Of a stretch of DNA of 64,000 bases, positions 37,501 through 51,080 are shown in pieces; the first letter of the stretch is position 1, and each line of letters begins with the position of its first letter. The position numbers and the translations under genes are program-made. Where the stretch lies: positions 10,976,001 through 11,040,000 of the forward strand of contig CM052818.1 in assembly GCA_028534125.1 (NCBI GenBank). Reading direction: 5' to 3'. The notes beneath the pieces were generated by a model that saw only the letters and a program-made list of their open reading frames with translations, did no database searches and was not told the origin of the DNA. This stretch comes from Lama glama. Lineage: Eukaryota.

Positions 37501-40500
37501 CAAAGAGGCCTTCCATTCCCCACTGGGGGCAGTCACTGTTGAAAAAGTAGGTGATCACTTTCTTTCTGACATCTGGCCTCTGGCCATGAATATTAAGAGC
37601 TGTTATCCTCCTAGTCTACCCATTTCCTTCTCCAAAAGCCTTTAATGCTTACGGTAAGTATTCTACCTTGTAAACCATGTGACCCGAAGTAATGTCCACT
37701 GTCCATTCTATAAAGTATTCCTCGAAAAAGGTCACATTCAATACCTAATATCGATGTGAGAGCTTCAGCTACTTCCACTGAATATAGAAATCCATCTACA
37801 AATTTCTTTTTCAATATGTAGAGAGATTTGCATTCACTTGTCTAAACTCTGTCATCTGGCAGTCACACCTCAACAGCTATTTCCTGCAATTTTGAAACTC
37901 ATTTTTTTAAAAAATTGGCAAGCAGACAATTTATTGATCATCTTCATTTTGTAAGGATTAAGATGAGTTTCAAGAAATTAAACCAACATAAAATAATGTC
38001 TAGTAAAAAATTTTGGAGAGAATGAAAGTGAAAATGGATGGGCAGAGAGAGGAAAGGGACAGAGACATTAAATAGTATGAGAGAGACAGAAAGAACAGTT
38101 AAGTTTGGAGCAAGAGAAGCTAATACTGAGCTGATGTCTACAAATGACACTATTCTTTGATATGATAGCTTTTAAAATAATTGCATGAAGTAGTAAGAGT
38201 TGCAGAGCAGCTATGAATAAGTTAATTGGTTCTATTTAAATTTCATAGGCATGGTTACCACCCCGAGTATCTTATAATGCTGTCACTGGGAATGCCATTC
38301 TACAATAATGGCGATCCTTTAGCCAGTCACTCAGTAATGCCAGAAAAGAGTTGAGCTATTATAGTAAAGGTTAGCCAAACCATTGCATTTGTTTTTCTTT
38401 TTAAATTGTTGTTGTCGATATTTGGTTGCAGAATTCAAGTGACTGAAAAGAGATGTGACAGATATAAAATCAATCACTTAGATATTTCCTTATGTCTCCA
38501 ACTTTGTTTAGGAATGCCTTGCTTGTTCAGAAAAAGCAGGAGTTGAGATATTTGCAAAATGACTTTTCAAATGCATGGTCCATGAAAGCCCTCGATTTGT
38601 GAAACCTTCTCACCCACTCAGGCCCATGAGAAAGAGGTACACATCAGATCCCAGATTTTGGACAGCCTTCAAAAGCCTAGATCTTAAGGTCATGGAAAAA
38701 TCACTAATGATCCTGAAAATGATGTGACTTCACAAGTTTAAACATGTCTCATGTTCCTTCCTAATTTTTGCTGGGTGCGTCAGCCCTGTCAGTAGGCAGT
38801 AGTTTGCCCTGGTGGACTGAGTTCATACCATCCTGCTTTGTGATTATTTGGGTTACAAATGAGAGAGAGGCTGAGTCATACTGCAAAGGGATAGCGTATG
38901 ATGCACATTTTCTCCTCATTCATTGCCTTGCTGATCCACAGCATTATTTCAGCTGGGAGCTGCAAAATGTGACCAGTTAGTCAATGGAAATCTGCTCTGG
39001 ACTCATTGGTGGTACATTGTAGCTGAAGTCCGGCCTGAGAATAAGAATATTGCACAACGTTAACACTAGGACACACCTGAGTGAAGGAGAAGCTCTAAAG
39101 TAATGCATTCCATAGCTCCAAACTCTTTATTTATTCAGAAGCTTTGCAGTGTCTCAAACGGAAAATAAATGGAGTGAACGGATACAAATCAAAAAGATTT
39201 TTGGAGGACTGATTTTTCACCTTTTCCCCAAGGAAGGAACAGTACGAAGAGGCCTCTCAGTATTTTTCTAACACAGCATGCTGAATTCTGGTTCTTATTT
39301 GTCTTCCTGGATGCTTTAGGAAGTTAGTTACCTCTTTCAGCTCACCTAGAGTTGATCTCATTAATAAAAGAATGACTTTACAGAAAAGAGTTTCTAAAAT
39401 TATACTCGAACTCAGAATTGCAAGAGTTGGCTTTTCAGCCAGAAGATAAATTTCTTAAGCATTAAACTTTCTTTATCAAGCATCACACCTGACATTCTCT
39501 CATAAATTTTACATATATTTTAACTTATTTTAATATTGTGTGGGCTTAGTTTATAATATTCTCATGCAGTTACTAAAATTGAGTCTTCTCAGTCTTACAT
39601 TACTTGTCAGAATGCTTAACCCTCCCAAAATATCACTCGACTTAAAATAACATCAGCTAAGTTTTCTTTTGAGTTTGTTTGTTGATTTATTTATTTATTT
39701 GCTTACTTATCATGTGCTTTATGTGTGCTGGAACCAGCCATGCAGTAGTTACACTGCTTTTATCAGAGCACAAAAATATTTAGACAAGGTTGCCATTGGA
39801 AACGTGTTTTAAAGACGTTATGTGTCACATTCCCAGGTATAATCAACTTCATAATCTGGTCAGGCAGATCAGTTTCAAAAGGTTTCAGAAGGCAGCAGAA
39901 TGCATTGCTTGTAGGGGTCACAGACATTCAAGTCAGGGCAGAACCGTCACAGACGTGACTTTGTGAAGACAGGAAGAGCAATGTGATTGGAGAGACCAGT
40001 CTTCAACTACTGCATTTTCTAGGGGCCCCCCTCTACTTAGCGTCACAACACAGGCATCAGCCACAGCACTGAATTTGCACAAACACCTGGCTCAGCTGTT
40101 AGGACTGACCTGGCAGGTCAGTCGCCTCAAACACATGATCAATTCAGTGAGAAACCATGAACTTGAGTGTTGGGCTAAATCAACCAGCCTCCTCAATCCA
40201 AATTGCAGGTTTGTTCAGAAGAACAAAAGGCAGAAGCTAAGATGTTAGTACAGTGATTCTGTTTAAAGAATGTATAATGGGTCCTACAATGAGTTGATGT
40301 GGTTAGTTTGGTGCTTATAAATCAACAGATCTCAAGAGAACTAAGGTATAACACCAGTATGTTGAGAAGATTACCTCACAATGGGTTCAAAATCTGTGGT
40401 CCATATTCCTGTGACCTCATTAAAAACAATTTTAATAACAACACTACTGAGCATTAAGTGTGTATCAGGCATGGTTGTAAGGGCTTGACATTAATGATTT

Positions 40501-40528
40501 CATTCCATTCTCATGACAACATACCAGA

Positions 40529-40710
40529 CAGGGTTGGCATTAGGGAGAGGTGAGTGCACAAAATCTAAGTGATACCATAAAACTCAGTAATCAAGGTAAA
40601 TATTTTAATAAAATATTTTTAAAAATCAAAATTAATGCAAAAAATTCATGATAAACAAAATATTAAAATTTTAAAGACAGGTTACTATTTGTTATTTTAT
40701 GCCCCTGCCT
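40529..40710 (+). mobile_element. Non-autonomous hAT (Tip100-like) DNA transposon inserted in a MIR remnant
   Basis: cagggttggcattagggagaggtgagtgcacaaaatctaag...aaactcagtaatcaaggtaaatattttaat...aaaaatcaaaattaatgcaaaaaattcatgataaacaaaatat. MIR-like sequence lies at 40430-40525. Confidence 0.6.
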
Positions 40711-40854
40711 TATTGTGTGATGGGGACAGTAATTTCCAATCAGCCCAAGGTTCTGGGGCCATGAAGCCAATGTGTCCTCCCCTGGATAGGTTTATGAGGG
40801 TTGATAATAATGGACTAAGAGACTGGATGATGTGGAGCTTTAAATATCATCATG

Positions 40855-42800
40855 CATTTTTCTCTTTTTTTAAAAATTGAAGTATAGTTGATATACAATA
40901 GTATATAAGTTACAGGTGTACAACATAGTGATTCACAAATTTTAAATGTAATATTCTATTAATAGTTACCACAAAATACTGGCTATATTCCCTGTGTTGT
41001 AACTTAGTTATTTTATACAAAATAGTTTGTACCTCTTAACCCCCTACCCCTCCCAATATTGCCCTTGCCAACTCCCTCTCCCCACCAGCAGCCACTGTTT
41101 TTTTTCTCTTTATCTGTGAGTCTGGGTGTTTTTGGTTTTGTTTTTTTTAATATATTCACTAATTTGTTTTATTTTTTAGATTTCATATAAGTGATATAAT
41201 CCAGTATTTTTCTGTCTTTGTCTGACTTATTTCACTTAGTAAAATATCCTCCAAATTGACCCATGTTGTTGCAAATGGCAAATTTTCATTTATATGGCTG
41301 AGTAGTATTCTGTTATGTATATATATCACATCTTCTTCATCCACTCTTCTCTTGATGGACATTTAGATTGCTTTCCTATCTTGGCAATTGTAAACAATGC
41401 TGTTATGAACATTGGGGTGCACGTATCATTTCAGAATAGTGTTTTTTTCATATGTATGCCCACGAATGGAATTGCTGGGTCATATGGTAGTTCTATTTTT
41501 AGTTTCTTGGGGAACCTCCATATTCTTTTCCACTGTGGCTGCACCAATTTACATTCCCACTAACAGTGTTTGAGGATTCCCTTTTCTTCCCATCCTCACC
41601 AACATTTGTTATTTGTGTTCATTTTGATGATAGCTATTCTGACACATGTACAGTGATATCTCGTTGTGATTTTAGTTTGTATCTGTCTGATGATTAATGA
41701 TATTGAGCATCTTTTCATATGCCTATTGGCCATCTGCATGTCTTCTTTTGAAAAATGTCTATTTTAGTCTTCTGCCCATTTTTCAATCAGTTTTTTTTTA
41801 TGTTGAGCTATTTAAGCTGTTTATATATTTGGATATTAAACTGTTATTGATCATATAATTTGCAAATATTTTCTTCCATTCAGGAGATTGTCTTTTTATT
41901 TTGTCAATGGTTTCCTTTGCTGTGCAAAAGCTTTTAAGCTTAATTAGGCCCCATTTGTTTATTTTCCTTTGCTTTATGAGATAGATCCAAAAAAAATCAC
42001 TGCTATTTATGTCAAAGAGTATTCTGCCTATGTTTTCTTCTAAGAACTTTATGGTTTCTGGTTTTACATTTAGGTCTTTAATTCATTTGAGTTTATTTTT
42101 GTATATATTGTGCAGAAATATTCTAATTTCATTTTTTGCATGTCACTGTCCAGATTTCCCAGCAGCACTTACTGAAGAGACTGTGTTTTCTCCAACATAT
42201 ATTCTTGCCTCTTTTGTCACAGATTAATTGACCATAAATGTGTGAGTCTATTTCTGCATTCTCTATTCTGTTCCATTGATTTATATGTCTATATCACTAC
42301 CATACTGTTCTGATGACTGTAGCTTTGCAGTATAGCCTGAAACCAGGGAACATGATTCCTCCAGCTCTGTTCTTTTTCAAGATTGCTTTGGCTATTCAGG
42401 GTATTTTGTGTTTCCATAAACAATTTAAAATAATTTGTTCTAGTTATACATGAAAAATGACCTTGGTATTTTGGTGGGGATTGCATTGAATTGTAGATTG
42501 TCTTGGGTAGTATAGTTGTTTTGTCAATATTAATTCTTCCAGTCCATGAACACAGTATATCTTTCCATCTGTTTGTGTCCTCTTCAATTTCTTTCATTAG
42601 TGTCTTATATTTTTTGGAGTACAGGTCTTTTACCTCCTTAGGTAGGTTTACTCCTAGATATTTTATTATTTTTGATGCAACATAAAGGGGATTGTTTCCT
42701 TAATTTCTCTTTTCTGATAGTTCATTGTTGGTATTAGGAATGCAACAGATTTCTGTATTTTAGTTTTGCATCCTGAAACTTCACTGAATTCATTGATGAG
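40855..42800 (-). mobile_element. 5'-truncated L1 (cetartiodactyl-type 3' UTR plus about 1.5 kb of ORF2)
   Basis: ttgaagtatagttgatatacaat...acaggtgtacaacatagtgattcac 3' end. ORF2 peptide MKEIEEDTNRWKDILCSWTGRINI.K..ILPK.IY at 42289-42597. Confidence 0.95.
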
Positions 42801-42959
42801 AATATTGTCATGTGTTTTTTATAAAAAAGTGTGGAACTTTTATTTACTGTTTCTTTTGTCCACTTCGTTCAAAATATGGGAGGATAGTTTACAGTATATA
42901 TAGTGGCACATGGTTTTGTTTTGTGTTTCAAGCTAGAATATGACAGCTGCCACATTGGA

Positions 42960-43115
42960 GATAGATGTCTGTCTTCTCTTTGTAAAATGAAGACTCTGGG
43001 GTTCCAGAGAGGTTAAGAAAGTTGTCCAAGCTCACACAGCAAAGGAGTGGCAGAGCCCAGTTTTGAACCCAAGCAGTTTAACTCCCAGGTCCACTCTCCT
43101 AATCACTGCTCTCTT
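42960..43115 (-). mobile_element. MIR SINE
   Basis: ccagagaggttaagaaagttgtccaagctcacacagc...ggcagagcccagttttgaacccaagcagttt. Confidence 0.85.
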
Positions 43116-43253
43116 GGAAATCACAACAATTAACCAGAAAATCTGAGTATCCAGCACACTTTCCTCTCTGGGTACTCCAATTATTAATATGATGTTGCTC
43201 AACTATATCTAAACATTAAAAATTTTTTAATACAAATGGTTCTAAAAAAGAAA

Positions 43254-43605
43254 TCATTGATTTACATGAAGCTGTCCAGTTATCCCAACACCATTTGCTG
43301 AAGAGACTGTCTTTACTCCATTGTATATTCTTGCCTCTTTTGTCAAAGGTTAATTGACCAAAAGTTTGTGGGTTTATTTCTGGGCTCTCTATTCTGTTCT
43401 GTTGATTCATGTGTCTGTTTTTGTACCAATGCCATGCTGTTTTGATTCCTGTAGCTCTGTAGTAGTTTCTGATGTCTGGGAGGGTTATTCTTCCAGTTTC
43501 ATACTTTTTCTTCAGTATCGCTTTGGCAATTATGAGTCTTTTGTGAAGTTAGAATACTGCCTCACACCATACACAAAAATAAACTCAAAGTGGCTTAAAG
43601 ATTTA
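43254..43605. mobile_element. L1 ORF2 fragment with internal inversion (43254-43545 minus, 43544-43605 plus)
   Basis: Minus strand reads [46 protein letters not shown]. Plus strand continues [20 protein letters not shown]. Confidence 0.9.
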
Positions 43606-43628
43606 TGTGTGTGTGTGTGTGTGTGTGT
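43606..43628. repeat. (TG)n microsatellite
   Basis: Uninterrupted tgtgtg run of about 11 units. Confidence 0.95.
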
Positions 43629-44349
43629 ATATGAAATCAGACCTTTCATAAACAATGTCCTACACATCTACCAATATTACTGTGAGGTATTAATACATGA
43701 ACGACAAATGCGGACCATGAATTATCTGACTATTCCAATGCCAAAGGGGCATTAGGAAGCACTAATAGTTTCTGAACATTTTGCCATAGATCACATTGCC
43801 TTGGTCAGACACAGCTCTCTTCACAGGTTGTGATACAAGAGACTCAGACATTAAGCCATCATGTTGAAATAGTATTTTGCTTATTTTAAAGGCTGACAAA
43901 AGCATGCATCTGGACGTGAAGATTTCTTTGGCTCTGCCAAAAGACTCATTTATTTTGCTTCTGCAAGCTGGGTCTCCTTGAGACCTGAGGGAAAATGGTT
44001 TCCTTTGAGCCATAAACTTACTGGTGAAAGAGTTTCTCCTACTTTGCCTTAGTGAGTGGGAAGATTCTGAACTAAAGATAATATTGATGATGTGTTAATG
44101 ATGAGGAGGAGGAGGAGGACTATGATGCCATTGTACCTCTGAGAAATTTCAAGCATCATTCACAACATTGAGGAATGTCATGCCAGTAGCTTTGGGGATT
44201 TGTTTGAAGCCTCCCTAAACTACACTGCAAATCACTAAAGAAGGACTTTAAGCACTTGCCTTCTTTTTTCTTTATCTCTGTTTTTATTTTGATGCTTTGT
44301 GTTTAACACTACAGATTTATTCTCTCTACAGCTACTGTCATTAATTGGT

Positions 44350-44950
44350 TGGTTTGTCTATTCATTCACACATCTAACAAAATTAAACCTTGTGTATTCC
44401 ATACACTCTACTAGGTGCTGAAGAAACAAAGTTGAAAAGATATGGTCCCTGCCCTCAGGAAGTTTATAATTTAGTTGGTAAATCCATACATCCACAAGTA
44501 TTTGTAATGACAGTAATGTGTGTATGCACAAAATGCAGTGGGGTTACGTCATAGTTGAAGATAAGTCTGCTGGGAACATAAGGGAAGGCTTCCAGGAGAC
44601 TACATTTACACTCAGGCTTGAAAGAATAAATAGAAGTTTCCTCACCGAGTAATGGGAAGCCTTTTAGACAAATGCAAAAATACAAAAGCCAAAGAAGACA
44701 TGGCATGTTTCTAGAATGAATACTTCAGTTGCTGGCTCATTTAGGGAAAGATCTAGAAAGGAGATGGCAAAGTTACACAGAAACTAGACCCTGTTAGGTA
44801 TGCAAGGTTGCCGTTCACAGGAGATTAGCTTTAATTCTGAAGGAAGTGGAAGCAGTTGAAGAGTTTTGCCAGGATAGTAATATGATCAGATCTCAGTGGT
44901 GAAATACCATTTAGATGCTATAGAGAGCATAAATTAGTGGGACAGAGGGA
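44350..44950 (-). mobile_element. L2 LINE 3' region
   Basis: tattcattcac...ctaggtgctgaagaaacaaag...atggtccctgccctcaggaagtttataatttag...agggaaggcttccaggag...tatgatcagatct. Confidence 0.8.
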
Positions 44951-47214
44951 TAAATGCAAGCATTGATGTTCTAGCATTTCTTTTCTTTCTTCCGGGACTT
45001 TCACCCTCCTTAAGATAAAGTTTTGTAATTAATGAATGTGGATTTGGGTGTTTCAAAACTGATACATTTGCTATAATCTGATGTACTTAGACACCTGCTT
45101 GGAAATCAAGTCTCTGATAATCTTACAAATATTTGCAAATTATAATCTATCTTGAAATCGGCAGATCAGTTCGGTGGAATAAAGCTCATTTTGGTGTTTT
45201 GGAGGTATCAATAAAATATGATCATGCTGCCAAAAGACCGGCCATGTGCATTTGTGGCCACAGAGAAGGGTCTACGTCCATCTTGCTGCAAATGCGGGCA
45301 TCTTCTAGTGTCTTCATAATTTTATTAGGACCCCGTTAGCATGCATATATTCAAAGAGAAGCTTATTTTTAGGCAGAAGCATTCCGTGGACAGTAACTGA
45401 CCCTTGATCTTTCTCAAACTAGCAGCTAGTCCTGTTGGCTGACTCCCTGAACCATCTCATAGCATTCTGGCACAATTCTGGTCATTTTCAACATACTTAT
45501 TATTACCATAGCTTCGAAGCATGATCTCTCCTGATTAACATACAGTGTCATTAAATAGCACAGCAAAGACAATTTATTTCTACTGTGGTCATTACAGAAT
45601 TTTACTCAAAAGAAAAATCTCTTCTCTTTTCAGGGCAATGCCATTCTAGGAGCCTGTGCCGGAATAAAATCCTAATGCAAAGCCTGTCTTAAAATGCTGA
45701 ACCCAGAAGAATTTGGCATAAATAAGACATGGCGTTAGCTGACATGAGATACTGCATTTATTCCATTGTTGGTGAGGACAAAACTGGGCCGCTATTGTCA
45801 CAGGTGAAAAGTGTTTTCAAAAGTCTGCTCTGGTGCTTGTTAGATAAGGGGCTGCCTTAGTCTGAATAACCCGAACAAGATTTATACACATCACTGAAAT
45901 GGACTCGTGTTTACAGTATGTCCTTGCTCACCAGGATTAACAGTGCAAGGGCAGCGTGAGAGACATCAAGCGAGGAAACCTCAAACAGCCTTCGAGGCTG
46001 CTTAGGAAAAAAAAATAAAAACAGATTTTCTGGATCTCCTCTTTGACTTGTGGCAGGCAGCAAGCTCACCCTGGCGCCTAGAATAGACCCCAATCTGCTG
46101 TTATGACCTGAGTAGAGAACTTATTTCAGCTGGGGGAACTTTCTAACTAAAAATGGTTAAACTATATTAAATAAACCAGAGCTCTGCTGCCATGTTCTCT
46201 AGAAAGAACAAAATGCTTTGCAAAATATCATCACAGAAGTGAATGATGGCCGTTAGTGTGGAGTTTTAAAAAATGCTCTAACGTACCACAATCGCAATGA
46301 AAGAAAGCCTTTATGGAAAGCTGGGATTCATACCCGCTTAGTGTATGTTTTCACTGCACATGGGGATCCTCTCTTGTATGCTCTCACTCGGGGACAGTTC
46401 AGCCCTTGCCTGTGCTCCTAGGGACTGAGCTATTTTCAAGTCCCTTTATGATCTATGCAGAAATTATATCTACTTCCAAACCATCAAATGTAGCGCGTGG
46501 ATGCAATGGCAGCCTTCCAGCGAGCTGAAAAGCTCTCATGACTTGGCATACAGTCTTTCCCTGGGCCCTTCAGTAATGGCATTTCACTTAATACAATATG
46601 CCCCTAACTGAGTTTTAGTGATTTCAAATGAATTTAGTCTCCTTATCAATATCCTCTATTTGGTGGTATGCTTGCTCTTCTGTGTGCTGTGCCAATAAAT
46701 CCAGCACAAGTGCTGCCTCCTTCCCTCTCAGTTGTCTGGCCTTTCTCCTATGAAAGCAAACACCAGGCAGCAGAAAAAGGAGGCTCCCCCAAAACTTGTC
46801 TGTATCATAAATGTAAATATCAGTAACTTCGGAAGGTTGTTAAGGGCCTGCTCTCCATAGATTTGGGCATGTTGTTGGCTGTTTTATGAGTGAGACGCAG
46901 GGATAGTAGGAGGCCCAAATAGCTTGCTCATAATCCTCAAAGGACATGCCAAATTTGAATTCAGAAAACTTGTTGACCTGTCCAGAAACAGAACTCAGTG
47001 AGTCCCATCATCACAGGGTGAGGTTGCACAGTCCTGGAAGGAAAAACTGTAAGTCTTGCCAGGGATATCTGGATTCTCCCTGACCTGTGCGTAGAAATCA
47101 GAATCAGACTGCAATTGATAAACTGTTATAGTATTTTCCAAATGGGAGGTCTCTGAGGAAACCTTTTCTCTGTTTTTTGTTTTGTCTTGCTTCAATTGTT
47201 TTTATTTTTTTAGT

Positions 47215-48475
47215 ATGCTTTCCTCTCTTTTTTAAAATAAACTTTTTTATTTTGAGATGACTGTAGATTCCCATGTCGCTATAAGAAATCATATGACAAG
47301 ATCATGTGTACTCCTTAACCAGATTTCTCCAATGGTAATGTTGTGCAAAGCTATAGCACAATATGATAACCAGAATATTGACACTGATTTAGTAAAGACA
47401 TAGATTTTCCATCCCTACCCCTCCTTAGCACCTGGAAATCACTAATCTTTTTTCCATTTCTTTGATCCTGTGATTTAAAGTATGTTATACGTGTGGAATC
47501 ATGGGGTTGGGTTTTTTCTTTCAGAATAATTCTCTGGAGATTCATCCAGGTACGTATTATCGGTTTGTTCTTTTCCATTGTTGAGTCATATTCCTTGATA
47601 TGGCTGTACCACAATTTATTTAACTGTTCACCTGATGAAGAATATTAAGGTTGTGTCCAGTTTGGGGCTATTACAAATAATATTACTATAAACATTTCTG
47701 TACAAATTTCTCTATGAATATAAGTTTCTCTGGGATAAATTTCCAGAAGTGTAGTATAACTGGGTTATATGGTAGTTAGATACTTCGTTTTTTAAGAAAC
47801 TGCCAAAATATTTTTTATTGTGTCTGTACCATTGTTCATCCCTACCAGTAGTGTGTGAGTGAGCCAGTTTCGTGACATCCTCTCCAGCATTTGATGTTGT
47901 CACTATTTTTGGTCTGAGCTACTCTGGGACTCATATAGCAATATCTTGTTGTGCTTTACTTTGCATTTCCCTAATGGCTAATGATGTTGAACATCTTTTT
48001 GTGTGTTTGTTTGTCATCTGTATATTCTTTTCTTCTGTTTTTCTTATTTCCTAATAGAATTTTTTAATGTTGAATTTTGAGAGTTTTCTAAATATTCTAG
48101 CTTTTAGTCCTTTGTCAGATAGGTGGTTTGCAGATTTTCTCCTTGTTTGTACTTGTCTTTTCATCCTAAAAAGTCTTTCAGAGAAGAAACATTTTTATTT
48201 TTTAAACTCTAATTATATGATTTTTGCTTATGTGGTTAATGATTTTCAGATCAAGTCACAAAAAAATTCTTATTCCTAGATTCTGAAGATTTTCTGCCAA
48301 TGTTTTTATGTAAAATTTTGTGAACCATTTTCAGTTATTTTTTACATTAGCTATGAGAGTTAGGTTAAGGCTCACTCCTTTGACAATGATGGTTTGATTG
48401 CCTCAGCACCATTTGTTGAAAAGGCTATCTTGCTTCTGCTGAAGGCTTTTGCACCTTTGTGAAAAATCAGTTGGG
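47215..48475 (-). mobile_element. L1 (L1MB/MC-like) 3' region; host of a nested insertion
   Basis: ttttgagatgactgtagattccc...ttcacctgatgaagaatattaaggttgtgtccagtttggggcta...ttgcatttccctaatggctaatgatgttgaacatcttt...cagcaccatttgttgaaaagg. Confidence 0.85.
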
Positions 48476-50888
48476 ACTTCCAGTTGCCACATATCATATA
48501 AGGAACTTAGAAGTCACTACATTGTCCTAACAAATCTGAACAAACTGAAAATCAGTAACTCTCTCAGATCCATCAGAAAAGTGAGATTTCTGCCCCCTCC
48601 CCCTCCTAAATTGGAGAGACAGAAAGCAGATACAGAGAATCACAGCTTAGCAGAGCAGAAACTCATGCGCAGAACCCTCTGTGGGAGCCAGCGCCAGTGC
48701 TAGACAAGGAGAACTGTAACCGACGATTTTCTGGAAGCTCCACACATTTGTGAGTTTTACCTCCAGGACCTCAACTTGTTCCTTGCGGTAAATATCAAGG
48801 GAAGACTCTCTAAAGTTTCCAGAAGGAGTAGAGGAAAAGGAACCATTTTGAAATACACCAGAGCAGTCTGTTCTTAGCACACCCTGCCCTCAGGAGAAAC
48901 GATTTTACCAAATACTGTTGGGGCTTTATCTGAGCCTGCCTGACCAGGGGAAAGAGAAATACCCAGCTCAGGCTAGCTGTATTTTCCCTTCCTGTAGAAG
49001 GGAAATACCTAATTCTGCCTGCTCTAGCCATACTGTACCATGTAAGGAGGGGAAAAATTAGAAAAGCGCTGGTGAAATTCACAGTCCAAGGCATAGGCTT
49101 ACAAAAAAGCGATACCTAATCATAGGCCAATAGAACACTCCCCCTACCCACCTTACCACTGTGTTACTAATGTCTCTTTTACCCAGTGCATCATGTCCAT
49201 CTTTCAATAAAAAGAAATTACAAGACATGCTAAAAGGCAAAAAACAGTTTGAGGAGACCGAATGAGCATCAGAACCAAAGTCAGACATGGCAGAAATGTT
49301 GGAATTTTCAGACCGGAAATTTTAAAAATCTGTAATGAATACACTAAGGACTTTAATAAGAAAAGTAGACAACCATGTAAGACAGACAGACAATATAAAC
49401 AGAGAGGTGAGAATTCTAAGAGATAATCAAAAAGAAATGCTAGAGATAGGAAAACACTAAAAAAGAAATGAAGAATGCTTTTGATGAGCTCACTAGCAGA
49501 CCAGACATGGCTGAGGAAAGAATCTGAGCTTGACGATATGACAATAGAAACTTCCAGATGGTGGGAAAAAATGGTGAGGTAGTAGAACCTGTCTTCCCTA
49601 TCACACCACAAAGGTCAATGACTGAACAGCTATCCATGAACAAAAACAGCTCTGCTCTGGAGACCACTTAGGAAGTTTCAGCAATACCATGGAACAAAAA
49701 AACTAAGAATAATCACAAAATGCAGTAATATTGTAATGTGACGATGTGTTAACTACTTAACTCTAGTATAAAGTTTAAAGGACAAAACTATTGAAAATAG
49801 CTCTAGCTTCAGCAGCTTGTTAATGGATACACAATATAAAAAGATGTAACTGGTGACATAAAAAACATAAAAGGGGTGAGTAAAAGGACAGAGTTTTTAT
49901 ATGTGATTGAAGTTAAGTTGTTATCAGTGTAACATAGATGTTACAAATCTAAGACGTTTTATGTAAGCCTCACGGGAACCACAAAGCAAAAATCTACAAT
50001 AGATACACAAAAGAAAAGCAGAAAGGAATCAAAGCATACTGTTATGGAAAATCATTAATTTATAAAGGGAGACAGCAAGAAAGGAAGAAGAGAAAAATGG
50101 AACTGCAAAATATCCAGAAAACAACTGATAAGATGGCATTAGTAACTCTTTACCTAGCCGTAATTACTCAATGTTAACAGATTGAACTTTCCAATCAAAA
50201 GGTATAGAGTGGCTGGATGGATTTAAAAAAAAGAAGACTTAACTATATGCAGCCTACAAGAGACTCACTTTAGCTTTCAGGACACACAAAGGCTCAAAAT
50301 GAAGAGATGGCAAAAGATACTCCATGCAAGTAGAAACCAGAGATAAAACTACACTAAGATCAGACAAAATAGACTCTAAGTCAAACATGGTAACCAGAGA
50401 CAAAGATGGTTCATTATACAAAAACTGGGTCAATTCATTAAGAAGATATAACAATTGTAAATATATATTCACCCTACACTGGAATATCTGAAAATATTTA
50501 GCAAATACTAATAAATCTGAAAGGAGAAATAGACAGCAATATAATAATAGTATGGAAGAGCTTAATACCTCACTTTCAACAACAAATAGATCACCCAGAG
50601 AAAAAATCAACAAGGAGACATTGGATTTGAACCATACTTTGGACCAAATGGAACTAAGAGACATACACAGAGCATTCTATCCAACAGTAGCAGAATATGC
50701 ATTCGTCTCAAGTACATGTGAAATATTCTCAAGGATGTCTATGGTGGGGGGCTGGGGGGCTGCTGCTTATGCATGTGTGGAGTTGGGGGTATATTGGAAC
50801 TCTCTATTTTATATATATATGCTCAGTTTTTCTGTAAACCTAAAACTACCCTAGAAAATAAAGTTTATTAATTTGGAAAATAAACCTA
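48476..50888 (+). mobile_element. Composite, internally deleted L1 insert
   Basis: Order: 5' UTR, ORF1 start, second L1 5' segment, ORF2 endonuclease start at ATG 50133 (MALVTLYL..IT.NVN.LN.PIKR, frameshifted), then a 3' terminus ctgtaaacctaaaact...aaaataaagtttattaa. Flanked by a 13/15 TSD. Confidence 0.8.
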
Positions 50889-51080
50889 GAAAAATTATTT
50901 GGGTATATTTGTGTGGGTCTATTTCTTGGTTATCTGTTGTGGTCCATTGATCTATGTGTCTAACCTTCTGTTAATACCGTAAGTCTTGAATACTGTAACT
51001 ATATAATTAATAAATCTTGAAATCAGGCAGAGTAATTTCTTCCACTGTATTTTTCTCTTTAAAAAATTGTTTTAGCTGTT
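50889..51080 (-). mobile_element. Continuation of the host L1 ORF2
   Basis: ttgggtatatttgtgtgggtctatttct...ccattgatctatgtgtct resumes where the host was interrupted at 48475. Confidence 0.8.
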
